From Alphaproteobacteria bacterium (lineage in GTDB: Bacteria > Pseudomonadota > Alphaproteobacteria > JAPULJ01): a DNA stretch of 64,000 bases. The notes under the pieces were generated by a model. The model made no database searches. It was not told the DNA's origin and saw only the letters and a program-made list of their open reading frames with translations. A program made the position numbers and the translations under genes. The stretch lies in the NCBI GenBank assembly GCA_037387885.1, contig JARRKQ010000003.1, forward strand, positions 11,675 through 75,674, given 5' to 3'. Positions 39,262-47,550 of the stretch are shown here, piece by piece; within the stretch, counting starts at the first letter, position 1; each line of letters starts with the position of its first letter.

Positions 39262-40701
39262 ATGGGCCACGCCAAGACGAGCGCGGCGCGGAAAGGGTTC
39301 GCCGCCCTGCCCTCCGTCGACCGTGTGCTGGGCTGGCCGGCGGTGGCAGCGCTCGCCGCGACCTACGGGAATGCGGCGACGCTCGAGGCGGTGCGCGCGG
39401 CGCTCGACGAAGGACGGGCGGCGATCGCGGGCGGCACCGGCTTTGCCGGCGACGGGGCGCTGACACAAGCCGTCGCGGCTCGCCTGGAAGCGCGGTTCGC
39501 GCCGCCCTTGAGGCGCGTCTTCAACCTGACCGGCACGGTGATCCACACCAATCTCGGCCGCGCGCCCTTGGCCGATGAGGCGATTGCCGAGATCGCGGCA
39601 GCTGCGGCGCAGCCGGTGAACCTCGAATTCGATCTCGGCAGCGGTCGGCGCGGCGACCGGGACGACCTGATCGAGAACCAGATCTGCCGGCTGACCGGCG
39701 CCGAGGCCGCGACCGTGGTCAACAACAATGCGGCGGCCGTCCTGCTCGTGCTCAACACGCTGGCGCGGCGGAAGGAGGTGCTGGTCTCGCGCGGCGAGCT
39801 TGTCGAGATCGGCGGGGCGTTCCGCATTCCCGACGTGATGGCGCGGGCCGGCGCCAAACTGCACGAGGTCGGCACGACCAACCGTACGCACCGGAAGGAT
39901 TTCGAAGCCGCGATCAGCCCGCGCACGGCCTGTTTGATGAAGGTGCATACGAGTAACTACGAGGTGCGGGGCTTCACCAAAGCCGTGCCGGAGGCGGAGC
40001 TGGCCGCGCTGGCCCACGCGCACGACCTGCCCTTCGTGGTCGATCTCGGCAGCGGCATGCTCGTCAACCTCGAGGATTTCGGCCTGCCGCACGAGCGCAC
40101 GGCGCGCGAAACGCTGACCGAAGGCGCCGATCTCGTCACCTTCAGCGGCGACAAGCTGCTGGGCGGCCCGCAGGCGGGCATCATCGCCGGCCGCGCCGAT
40201 CTGGTCGCCAAGATCAAGCGCAATCCGATGAAACGGGCGCTCAGGCTCGACAAGCTCGTGATCGCGGCGCTCTCGGCGACCTTGCGGCTCTACGAGGATC
40301 CCGACGGTTTGCGCGAACGCCTGCCGGTGCTGCGGCTGCTGACGACGCCGGCTGACGAGATCGCGGCACGGGCCGAGCGGCTACAGCCAGTATTTGCGAA
40401 AGCATTGGACGGCGTCGCGAGTGTCGAAGCCGTGGCCTGCAAGAGCCAGATCGGCAGCGGCGCCCTGCCCGTCGATCTCCTGGAAAGCACCGCGCTGGCG
40501 ATCCGGCCGGCGGGCGCGCGGAAAGGTAAAGGCGGCGGAAAGGCGAATGCCTTGGCGGCGGCGTTCCGGGCGTTGCCGGTTCCGGTGATTGGGCGGGTGC
40601 GCGAGGGCGCGCTGCTCTTCGATCTGCGCTGCCTGGAAGACGAGGCCGGGTTCGTGGCGCAATTGGGCGCGCTCGACCTGTCGGGGCTCGCGCCGAAATG
40701 A
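39262..40701 (+). CDS. selA: L-seryl-tRNA(Sec) selenium transferase
   Basis: LPSVDRVL..., [40 protein letters not shown], and PLP lysine context [13 protein letters not shown]. Confidence 0.9.
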   Translation: MGHAKTSAARKGFAALPSVDRVLGWPAVAALAATYGNAATLEAVRAALDEGRAAIAGGTGFAGDGALTQAVAARLEARFAPPLRRVFNLTGTVIHTNLGRAPLADEAIAEIAAAAAQPVNLEFDLGSGRRGDRDDLIENQICRLTGAEAATVVNNNAAAVLLVLNTLARRKEVLVSRGELVEIGGAFRIPDVMARAGAKLHEVGTTNRTHRKDFEAAISPRTACLMKVHTSNYEVRGFTKAVPEAELAALAHAHDLPFVVDLGSGMLVNLEDFGLPHERTARETLTEGADLVTFSGDKLLGGPQAGIIAGRADLVAKIKRNPMKRALRLDKLVIAALSATLRLYEDPDGLRERLPVLRLLTTPADEIAARAERLQPVFAKALDGVASVEAVACKSQIGSGALPVDLLESTALAIRPAGARKGKGGGKANALAAAFRALPVPVIGRVREGALLFDLRCLEDEAGFVAQLGALDLSGLAPK

Positions 40702-42659
40702 TCATCGCCACCGCCGGCCATGTCGACCACGGCAAGACCTCGCTCTTGAAGGCACTGACGGGGGTCGATGCCGACCGCCTGCCCGAGGAGAAGAAGCGCG
40801 GACTCACCATCGATCTGGGCTTCGTTTACGACGACACGATCGCGCCCGGCACGGTGATCGGCTTCGTCGATGTGCCGGGGCACGAGCGCTTCATCCACAA
40901 CATGCTGGCGGGCGTGACCGCGATCCGCGGTGCGATGCTGGTCGTCGCCGCCGATGACGGGCCGATGCCGCAGACGCACGAGCATTTGGATATTCTCGAT
41001 CTGGTCGGCATCGAGACCGGGTTCGTCGCGCTCACCAAGATCGACAAGGTGGATGCGGAGCGCGTCACCGAGGTGACCGCGGAGATCGAGGCGATGCTGG
41101 CGGGCACGCGTCTCGCCGGTGCACCGATCTTTCCGGTGTCGTCGGTTGACGGTAGCGGTGTCGCGGACATTGCCGCGCATCTGCGAGGCTTGGCGGAAAG
41201 CGAAAAACGGGCGCCACCGGCGGGCAATTTCCGGCTCGCGGTCGACCGCTCCTTTACCGTCGCGGGCGCGGGCCTGGTGGTGACCGGGCCGGTCAGCGCC
41301 GGGCAGGTGCGGACGGGTGACACGGTCGTCCTCTCGCCCGACGGCCGCGAGCTCCGCGTGCGCGGGTTGCGGGCGCAGGACCGGGCGGTCAAGGAAGCGG
41401 TACTCGGCGACCGCTGCGCCATCAACTTGGCCGGGCGCATCAGCAAAGAGGAGATCGCGCGCGGCGACTGGATCGTCGCAATACGTGCCCACGCGCCGGT
41501 GCGTCGGATCGATGTGGCGCTCCGTGTCCTTGGTTCGGAGGACCGCGCGCTCAAGCACTGGACGCCCGTGCATGTCCATCACGGCACGGCGGACGTGATG
41601 GGCCGGGTGGCGCTGTTGGAGGAGAAGGCCATCGAGCCGGGCGGGCAAGGCCTTGCGCAGTTGGTATTGGACGCGGCGCTCTGCGCCCGCGCGGGCGACG
41701 CCGTGATCATCCGCGATCAATCGGCGCGGCAGACCATGGGCGGCGGTCGGGTCGTCGACCCGTTCTCGCCACGGCGCGGCCGGGCGCGGCCCGAACGCCT
41801 CACCTGGCTGCACGCCCTGTGCAATCCGGATCGAGATGCGGCGCTGCAGGCTATTCTCGATGCGTCGCCCGGCGGCGCGCCGCTGCAGACGCTAGAAGCC
41901 GCCTGGAATTTGACGGCCGCAGAGGCCGAAGCGCTGCACGCCAAGGCGGATGTCTGTTGTACAGGTCAGGACGAAGTCGTTGGTCTGACGAAGGCACATC
42001 GCGACGCCCTCGCTTCGGCCATTCTCACGGCGCTTGAGCGGCTGCACCGTGCGAACCCCAATGCGGGCGGTGTGAACGAGGCGCATCTGGCGCGCGCCCT
42101 TCCGTTCCGCGCCCGGCCGGCGGCCTTCGCGCATGTCGTGGGCGAGCTCGTCGCCCAAGGTGAGATCGTGCGCGCCGGCGCCGTGCTGCAGCGACGAGGC
42201 TTCGCGGCCAGACTATCGGCGGCCGACGACCGGGACTGGCGACGTGTCGAAGCGGTGATGAACGCTGCGGCGGACCGGCCGCCGACCATCTTCGAGATCG
42301 CCGAGGACCTCGGCCTGCCGCAGAACCAGGTCGCGGGGCTGTTGGCGCGGACGGCCAAGCTGGGCCTGACCGCGCGGGTGTCGTCGAACCGCTACATGAC
42401 GCGGGCAGGATTGCGGACATTGGCGGGCATCGCCGAAACCGGCGCGCGCGGATTGCCCGGTGGGCGTTTCAGCGTCGCCGCCTTCCGCGACTGGTCGGGG
42501 ATCGGCCGCAATCTCAGCATCAAAATCCTGGAGTTCTTCGACAAGGTGAAGTTCACGCGGCGCCTCGGCAACGAGCGCGAGATCCTGCGCCCGGCTGCCG
42601 ACGTGTTCGGCGCGGGCGAGGCTGCCCCTGCCCCTCAAGAGCCCGTCAAGGCGGGCTGA
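40698..42659 (+). CDS. selB: Selenocysteine-specific translation elongation factor
   Basis: [52 protein letters not shown], and a long C-terminal winged-helix region. ATGA overlap with selA. Confidence 0.9.
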   Translation: MIIATAGHVDHGKTSLLKALTGVDADRLPEEKKRGLTIDLGFVYDDTIAPGTVIGFVDVPGHERFIHNMLAGVTAIRGAMLVVAADDGPMPQTHEHLDILDLVGIETGFVALTKIDKVDAERVTEVTAEIEAMLAGTRLAGAPIFPVSSVDGSGVADIAAHLRGLAESEKRAPPAGNFRLAVDRSFTVAGAGLVVTGPVSAGQVRTGDTVVLSPDGRELRVRGLRAQDRAVKEAVLGDRCAINLAGRISKEEIARGDWIVAIRAHAPVRRIDVALRVLGSEDRALKHWTPVHVHHGTADVMGRVALLEEKAIEPGGQGLAQLVLDAALCARAGDAVIIRDQSARQTMGGGRVVDPFSPRRGRARPERLTWLHALCNPDRDAALQAILDASPGGAPLQTLEAAWNLTAAEAEALHAKADVCCTGQDEVVGLTKAHRDALASAILTALERLHRANPNAGGVNEAHLARALPFRARPAAFAHVVGELVAQGEIVRAGAVLQRRGFAARLSAADDRDWRRVEAVMNAAADRPPTIFEIAEDLGLPQNQVAGLLARTAKLGLTARVSSNRYMTRAGLRTLAGIAETGARGLPGGRFSVAAFRDWSGIGRNLSIKILEFFDKVKFTRRLGNEREILRPAADVFGAGEAAPAPQEPVKAG

Positions 42660-42702
42660 ATGCCTTGGACCTCGACGGGGCGGCCATGCTAGCCAGAGAG
42701 AC

Positions 42703-42798
42703 GGAGGAGGATCGGTTCCCGGTGGGCCGCGCGGGCTTCAAACCCGTTGGGACGCGCCAGGCGTGTCTGGTGGGTTCGACTCCCACCCTCTTCCGCCA
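42703..42798 (+). tRNA. selC: tRNA-Sec (anticodon UCA)
   Basis: GGAGGAGG-AT-CGGTTC..GGGCCG-C-GCGGG-CTTCAAA-CCCGT-long variable arm-TGGGTTCGACTCCCA-CCTCTTCC-G-CCA. Features: 8-bp acceptor stem, 6-bp D stem, UCA anticodon in the loop CUUCAAA, long extra arm, encoded CCA. Confidence 0.9.
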
Positions 42799-42816
42799 CT
42801 TCCCGCGACCCTAGCC

Positions 42817-45030
42817 ATGCAGAACGACACGCCGGTCAAATGCGACATCGTGCTGATCGGCGGCGGCCATGCGCATGCCGCAGTGCTGAAGAGCTTCGGC
42901 ATGAAGCCCGAGCCGGGGGTGCGGCTCAATCTGATCTCGCCGGGCTCGCTTACGCCCTATTCGGGGATGCTGCCGGGCTATCTCGCCGGGCATTACACGC
43001 TGGAAGAAACGCATTTGGACCTGCGCGCCCTGGCACGGTTCGCCGGCGCACGCTTCTACCAGACGGCGGCGACCAGCCTCGATCTCGCCGCCGGCACCGT
43101 CCTCTGCGGTGACCGGCCGCCGGTCGCCTTCGATCTGCTCAGCATCGATATCGGCTCGACGCCCAGCGAGCACGGGATCGCGGGCGCCGAACGTTCGATC
43201 CCGGTGAAGCCGGTCGACCGCTTTCTCGCCCGCTGGGACGAGGTCGAGCGGCAAATCGTGGCCGATGGCGGGCGGCACCGGCTGGTCGTCATCGGCGCGG
43301 GTGCCGGTGGAACCGAAACCGCGTTGGCGCTCGATTTCCGGGCGCGTCAGGCGCTGAAGCAGGCCGGCAAGCCCGCGAACGGGTTCGAGGTTGCGATCGT
43401 CGCGCAATCGGCAGAGCCGCTCGAAACACACGGCGCCGGAACACGGCGGCGCATGCGGAAAGCGATCGAGCACGCCGGGATTGCGTTCCACGGCGGCCAT
43501 TCGGTGAAGGCCATCGAGGATGGCCGGATCGTCTGCGAGCCCGCGATCGATTTGCCGTTCGATAGTGTCGTGCTGGTGACGCCGGGGTCGGCGGCGCCCT
43601 GGCTTGCCAGTACAGGCCTCGCGCTCGACGAGCGCGGCTTCATCCGCGTGCACGACACGCTGCAGTCGGTGACCGATACACGCGTCTTCGGCGCCGGCGA
43701 CACTATCGCCTTCGAGCCGCGCGCGCTTCCGAAGAGCGGCGTCTATGCCGTGCGCGAGGGGCCGTTCCTGGCGACGAGCCTGCGCGCGCTTGCAACCGGC
43801 GGAACCCCGCGCGCCTACCATCCTCAGCGTCGGACCTTGGCGCTGATCTCGATGGGGAAGAAGCGCGCGGTGCTGTCCTACGGGGCCGCGTCGGTCGAGG
43901 GCGACCGGGCCTGGCGCTTCAAGGACTGGATCGACCGGCGCTGGATGCGGAAGTACCAGGAGCTGCCGGAAATGGACGGCGGCCAGGACGACGGTGACGA
44001 CGAGCCGATGCGCTGCGGCGGCTGCGGCGCCAAGGTGCCGGCGGATGTATTGAAAAGCGCGCTGGCGACGATCGCACCGAACCAAAGTCCGAAGACACGA
44101 AGTGTCCTCGTAGGGCTCGAGGCGCCGGACGATGCGGCTGTGATCGTTCCGCCGCCAGGCAAGGCGCTGGTGCAGACCTTCGATCAGTTCCGCGCCTTCA
44201 TCGACGACCCCTACCTCTTCGGCCGCATCGCTGCCAATCATTGCCTGGGCGACATCCATGCGATGGGGGCCGAGCCGGCCTCGGCGCTCGCCGCGGTCAC
44301 CCTGCCCTATGCCGAGCCGGAGAAGATGGGCCAGGACCTCAAGCAGCTTCTGGCGGGTGCTCTGGCGACGTTCAAGCTGGAAGGCGTAGCGCTGATCGGC
44401 GGGCATACCGGCGAGGGCGCCGAGTTGATGATGGGCTTCACCATCAACGGCTTCGTCGATGAGGCGGCGATGCTGCGCAAGGGCGGCCTCAAGCCGGGCG
44501 ATGCGATCATTCTGACGAAGCCGCTCGGCACCGGCGCGCTGCTCGCCGCCGACATGCGCTACAAATCGGATGGGCGCTGGATCGACGCAGCGATCGAGAC
44601 GATGCTGCAATCGAACGGGCCGGCCGCCGAGATCGCCCGCAAACACGGGGCAACCGCCGCGACCGACCTCACCGGCTTCGGCCTCGCTGGGCACCTGATC
44701 GAGATGGCCGAGCCGGCGGGGGTGACCGTGACGATCCGACTGGACGATGTACCTGTGCTCAAAGGTGCGCTGGATGTGATGGCGGATGGGATCGTGAGCT
44801 CGTTGCAGCCCGACAATGAGCGCAACGCCGGGCTCGGCGCTACGGCGAACAACACCAGGCGCCCGATTCTGTTCGACCCACAAACGGCGGGCGGGTTGCT
44901 GATCGGCGTTGCCGCGGAAACGGCTGAGGCCTGCCTCGCCGATCTGCGCGAAGCAGGCTTCACCCAGGCCGCGGTAATCGGCGAGGTCAATGCCGAGAAA
45001 AGCGCCGGGCCTCTTGTCGTCGCCGCCTAG
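42817..45030 (+). CDS. selD: Fusion protein: N-terminal FAD/NAD(P)-binding pyridine-nucleotide-disulfide-oxidoreductase-like domain + C-terminal selenide, water dikinase (SelD, Cys type)
   Basis: Starts at ATG 42817 (the track ORF start 42763 overlaps the tRNA). N-terminal DIVLIGGGHAHAAVL and LVVIGAGAGGTE Rossmann motifs. From about aa 398: MRCGGCGAKV (SelD glycine-rich loop with Cys, not Sec), then DDAAV, FGRIAANHCLGDIHAMGA, and the PurM-like C-terminal half. Confidence 0.85.
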   Translation: MQNDTPVKCDIVLIGGGHAHAAVLKSFGMKPEPGVRLNLISPGSLTPYSGMLPGYLAGHYTLEETHLDLRALARFAGARFYQTAATSLDLAAGTVLCGDRPPVAFDLLSIDIGSTPSEHGIAGAERSIPVKPVDRFLARWDEVERQIVADGGRHRLVVIGAGAGGTETALALDFRARQALKQAGKPANGFEVAIVAQSAEPLETHGAGTRRRMRKAIEHAGIAFHGGHSVKAIEDGRIVCEPAIDLPFDSVVLVTPGSAAPWLASTGLALDERGFIRVHDTLQSVTDTRVFGAGDTIAFEPRALPKSGVYAVREGPFLATSLRALATGGTPRAYHPQRRTLALISMGKKRAVLSYGAASVEGDRAWRFKDWIDRRWMRKYQELPEMDGGQDDGDDEPMRCGGCGAKVPADVLKSALATIAPNQSPKTRSVLVGLEAPDDAAVIVPPPGKALVQTFDQFRAFIDDPYLFGRIAANHCLGDIHAMGAEPASALAAVTLPYAEPEKMGQDLKQLLAGALATFKLEGVALIGGHTGEGAELMMGFTINGFVDEAAMLRKGGLKPGDAIILTKPLGTGALLAADMRYKSDGRWIDAAIETMLQSNGPAAEIARKHGATAATDLTGFGLAGHLIEMAEPAGVTVTIRLDDVPVLKGALDVMADGIVSSLQPDNERNAGLGATANNTRRPILFDPQTAGGLLIGVAAETAEACLADLREAGFTQAAVIGEVNAEKSAGPLVVAA

Positions 45031-45077
45031 CGCATCATTTTTCAGGACTGGTTTGTTCCGACCACGATGGTGCCGCG

Positions 45078-45716
45078 ATGCGCGACGTAGACGAATTGGT
45101 GGACGGCTACCGCCGCTTTCTGGCCGGCCGGTACGAGAAAGAGGCCGCGCTCTATAGCGAGCTCGCCGAACAGGGCCAGGCGCCGAAGGTGATGGTGATC
45201 GCCTGCTGCGACAGCCGCGCCGATCCCGCGGCGATCTTCGACGCGCGGCCGGGCCAGCTCTTCGTGGTGCGCAATGTCGCCAATCTGGTGCCGCCCTTCG
45301 AGCCCCACGGCGACTATCACGGCACCAGCGCGGCACTCGAGTTTGCGGTGAACGGGCTCGGCGTGGAGACGATCCTGGTGATGGGCCACGGCCGTTGCGG
45401 CGGCGTGCGCGCCTATCTCGACGGGCTCTATGAAGCCGAGCCACCACGCGGCTTCATCCAGCGCTGGATGTCACTTTTGAAGACGGCGCAGACCGAAGCG
45501 TTGCGCGCGGCGGGCGACCAGCCGATCGAGGCGCAGGCGAAGGCGCTCGAATTCGCCTCGGTGCGCCATTCGATCGACAACCTCCAGACCTTTCCCTTCG
45601 TGAAGGACCGGGTGGCCGACGGCCGGCTGCGCCTGCGCGGCGGCTATTTCGACATCGCCGATGGGCGCCTGCTGGCGCTCGATCCTGAAAGCGGGGCTTT
45701 CAGCTCTGTCGACTGA
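45078..45716 (+). CDS. Beta-class carbonic anhydrase
   Basis: VMVIACCDSRADP...VVRNVANLV...MGHGRCGG, the zinc ligands C-x-D-x-R and H-x-x-C. Confidence 0.85.
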   Translation: MRDVDELVDGYRRFLAGRYEKEAALYSELAEQGQAPKVMVIACCDSRADPAAIFDARPGQLFVVRNVANLVPPFEPHGDYHGTSAALEFAVNGLGVETILVMGHGRCGGVRAYLDGLYEAEPPRGFIQRWMSLLKTAQTEALRAAGDQPIEAQAKALEFASVRHSIDNLQTFPFVKDRVADGRLRLRGGYFDIADGRLLALDPESGAFSSVD

Positions 45717-45736
45717 TCTGGGTCGACTGATCCGGG

Positions 45737-46849
45737 TCAGGCCTTGGCCGGTTCCGGCGTCTCTCCGAACGCATTGATGCCGAGCTGGTCGCGCATGCCC
45801 TCGGTCATTTCCGCCTTGTCGTCCTCCAGCGGGATGCCGGTGGAATCGGCGACGCGGTCGATGGCGTTGAAGAGCGCAGCGACCCCCGCCGCATCCGCCA
45901 AGGCCTCGCCGCCCATGGCCTCGATCACAGCCGCGCGGGCGGCATCAAGCCTGGCCGGATCGGCGCCGACCGCCGCTTCGGCGAATTCGAGCAGGACGCC
46001 CGCGTTCGGGATGCCGCTTTCGTCACCGCTCTTTCCCAGCAGTGCGCTTAGATCGTAGTCGTCTCCGGAATGTTCGCCGCTCGCACGGAGCAGCACCGCA
46101 TGGCTGGTGGTTCAGTAGAGACACTGGTTGAGGGCGGAGACCCGGCCGGCGATCATCTCGATCTGGGCGTGGCTGATGGCGCGGTACTCGGTGCCGAAGT
46201 CGCGCATCTGATCGCCGCGCAGATAGAGCGTGTTCGCCATCTCCCAGAAGCTGCGCGCCGTCGCCGGCACCAGCGTGAGCGCGCGGCGGATATGCGCGGC
46301 GCTGCCCGGATAGAATTCGCGCTGGAGCGGGCCGTCGTGATCGGGATCGAGCGTCGGCACCCAGGCCAGCTCGATATTGAGGTGCTCGGGCGTCTCCGGG
46401 CTCGGCGCGCCGTCCTGCGCGTCCGGAATCTCCGGTGCGTCCTGGCCAATGCCGCGGCAAAAGGTGTCGATGCCGACGACGCTGACGACGACGCCGATCA
46501 GCTCGACATATTCCCTGGGCGAGATACCGCTGCTGGTGACCTCGCGGAACCAGCGTTCGGAAAGCCGGCCCGGATCGCTCATGACCCGGTGAATGATGTC
46601 GACCCAGACCTCCGGGAGCGCGCCCAGATGGTTGTGCTCACCGTCGACAGCAAAGGGCGAGATCGCGGCCTTGCGTTCTGCGCACAGGGCGCAGCCGGCG
46701 ACGTTTCGTGCTTCGGCCGCGATGGCGGTGCGCTGCTCGGCGGTCAGCCAAGTTCCCGGCTCGCCGATCCGCGCCCAGACGTTCGGCAGCGCCGCCGCAA
46801 CCTCGTCGCGAATCGGAACCGGCGCAGCCTCAAAAGATAAGGTGCTCAT
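45737..46849 (-). CDS. Candidate selenoprotein: two-domain CMD/AhpD-like protein (about 370 aa) with in-frame UGA at 46114..46112
   Basis: Track ORFs 46112..46849 and 45737..46096 are in the same frame, separated only by TGA + 5 sense codons. Joined reading: ...HAQIEMIAGRVSALNQCLY-U-TTSHAVLLRASGEHSG..., which gives the AhpD/CMD motif C-x-x-C-x-x-x-H with TGA at the second Cys. The N-terminal domain has its own CALC motif. Confidence 0.7.
46082..46102 (-). promoter_or_regulatory. Candidate bacterial SECIS hairpin for the AhpD-like gene
   Basis: RNA CAUGCGG-UGCUGCU-CCGUGCG. Pairs are C-G, A.C mismatch, U.G, G.U, C-G, G-C, G-C, with a 7-nt loop that starts 17 nt after the UGA and has G at loop position 2. 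The stem is weak and no folding was computed. Confidence 0.35.
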
Positions 46850-46887
46850 ATGAGACGCGGCCTCCTGTCAGCTCAGTGACGAATTCC

Positions 46888-46899
46888 ATACGATCGTAT
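46888..46899. promoter_or_regulatory. Perfect 12-bp palindrome ATACGATCGTAT in the divergent spacer between the two candidate selenoprotein genes
   Basis: Read directly in spacer 46850..46997. Confidence 0.35.
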
Positions 46900-46997
46900 C
46901 GTGCCTATTCGCCCCGAACAACGGTGTCGGCGTTGCAATCCGCGCGCGACGCAGGCACAGTTGGCGTTCCTGCGAGCCATTTCACTGGAGCCGCCTT

Positions 46998-47468
46998 TTG
47001 TCAGAGAAACTTGGGATCGGCGCGACGTTTCCGAAGCTAACGCTCAAGCTGGTCGGTGGCGGAACGCTCGATCTTCCCGAAGGGCTCGACGCCAAATACC
47101 GCGTCATCCTCTTCTACCGGGGCCATTGGTGACCCTACTGCCGCCGTCAGTTGGACGGCTTCGAAGAAAATAGGGAAGCGCTCGAAGCGAAGGGCGTCAA
47201 GATCGTCGCCGCCAGCGTCGATGACGAGGAGAAGGCCGGCGAGATCGCGGCCGGCAAGGGCTTTGCCTTCGGCTACGGCGTGACCCGCGAAGATGCGGAC
47301 AAGCTGGGCTCGTGGTGGGAAGAGCGGCGCGGCATCATCCAGCCGTCGGAGTTCCTGCTCAATCCCGAGGGCAAGGTGATGGCCTCGAGCTACAGTGACG
47401 GGCCGATCGGACGCATCGACGCCGCCGACGTGCTGAAGGTGATCAACTTCTACGAGTCGAAGAAGTAG
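46998..47468 (+). CDS. Candidate selenoprotein: peroxiredoxin-like / redoxin (AhpC-TSA fold) protein with U-x-x-C motif, in-frame UGA at 47130..47132
   Basis: My translation from TTG 46998 (GGAG 8 nt upstream): MSEKLGIGATFPKLTLKLVGGGTLDLPEGLDAKYRVILFYRGHW-U-PYCRRQLDGFEENREALEAKGVKIVAASVDDEE...LLNPEGKVMASSY.... The track lists only the 3' part (47151..47468). FYRGHWCPYC is the usual family motif, and here the first Cys codon is TGA. Confidence 0.75.
47143..47159 (+). promoter_or_regulatory. Candidate bacterial SECIS hairpin for the Prx-like gene
   Basis: GCCGUC-AGUUG-GACGGC: a perfect 6-bp stem and a 5-nt loop with G at position 2. The loop starts 17 nt after the UGA. Confidence 0.5.
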
Positions 47469-47550
47469 CCGTACCTCTGCGTCCGAGCCGGCTCCGAGGA
47501 AGAGCGTCCCAAGGCGCCCCGCCGGCAGTCGATGCGCGAGCGGTAATGCT

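Noticed and set aside
42811-45447. 878-aa minus-strand ORF and similar very long ORFs (1828..3525 upstream part, 22488..23939, 40290..41813, 49317..50900, 50248..51990, 52829..54640, 55792..57453)
   Set aside because: All are R/A/G/P-rich shadow ORFs lying antisense to, or out of frame with, genes that have clear family motifs (selD, Rieske, spoT, selB, dapA, slt, HAD/hydrolase, M23). None has a recognisable domain.
39262-47468. Search for a formate dehydrogenase or other classical selenoprotein gene (fdhF/fdnG, grdA/B, selenoprotein SelD) in or near the sel cluster
   Set aside because: No molybdopterin oxidoreductase ORF is in the window, and SelD has Cys (MRCGGCGAK), not TGA, at the active-site loop. 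Only the AhpD-like and Prx-like genes carry in-frame TGA at redox Cys positions.
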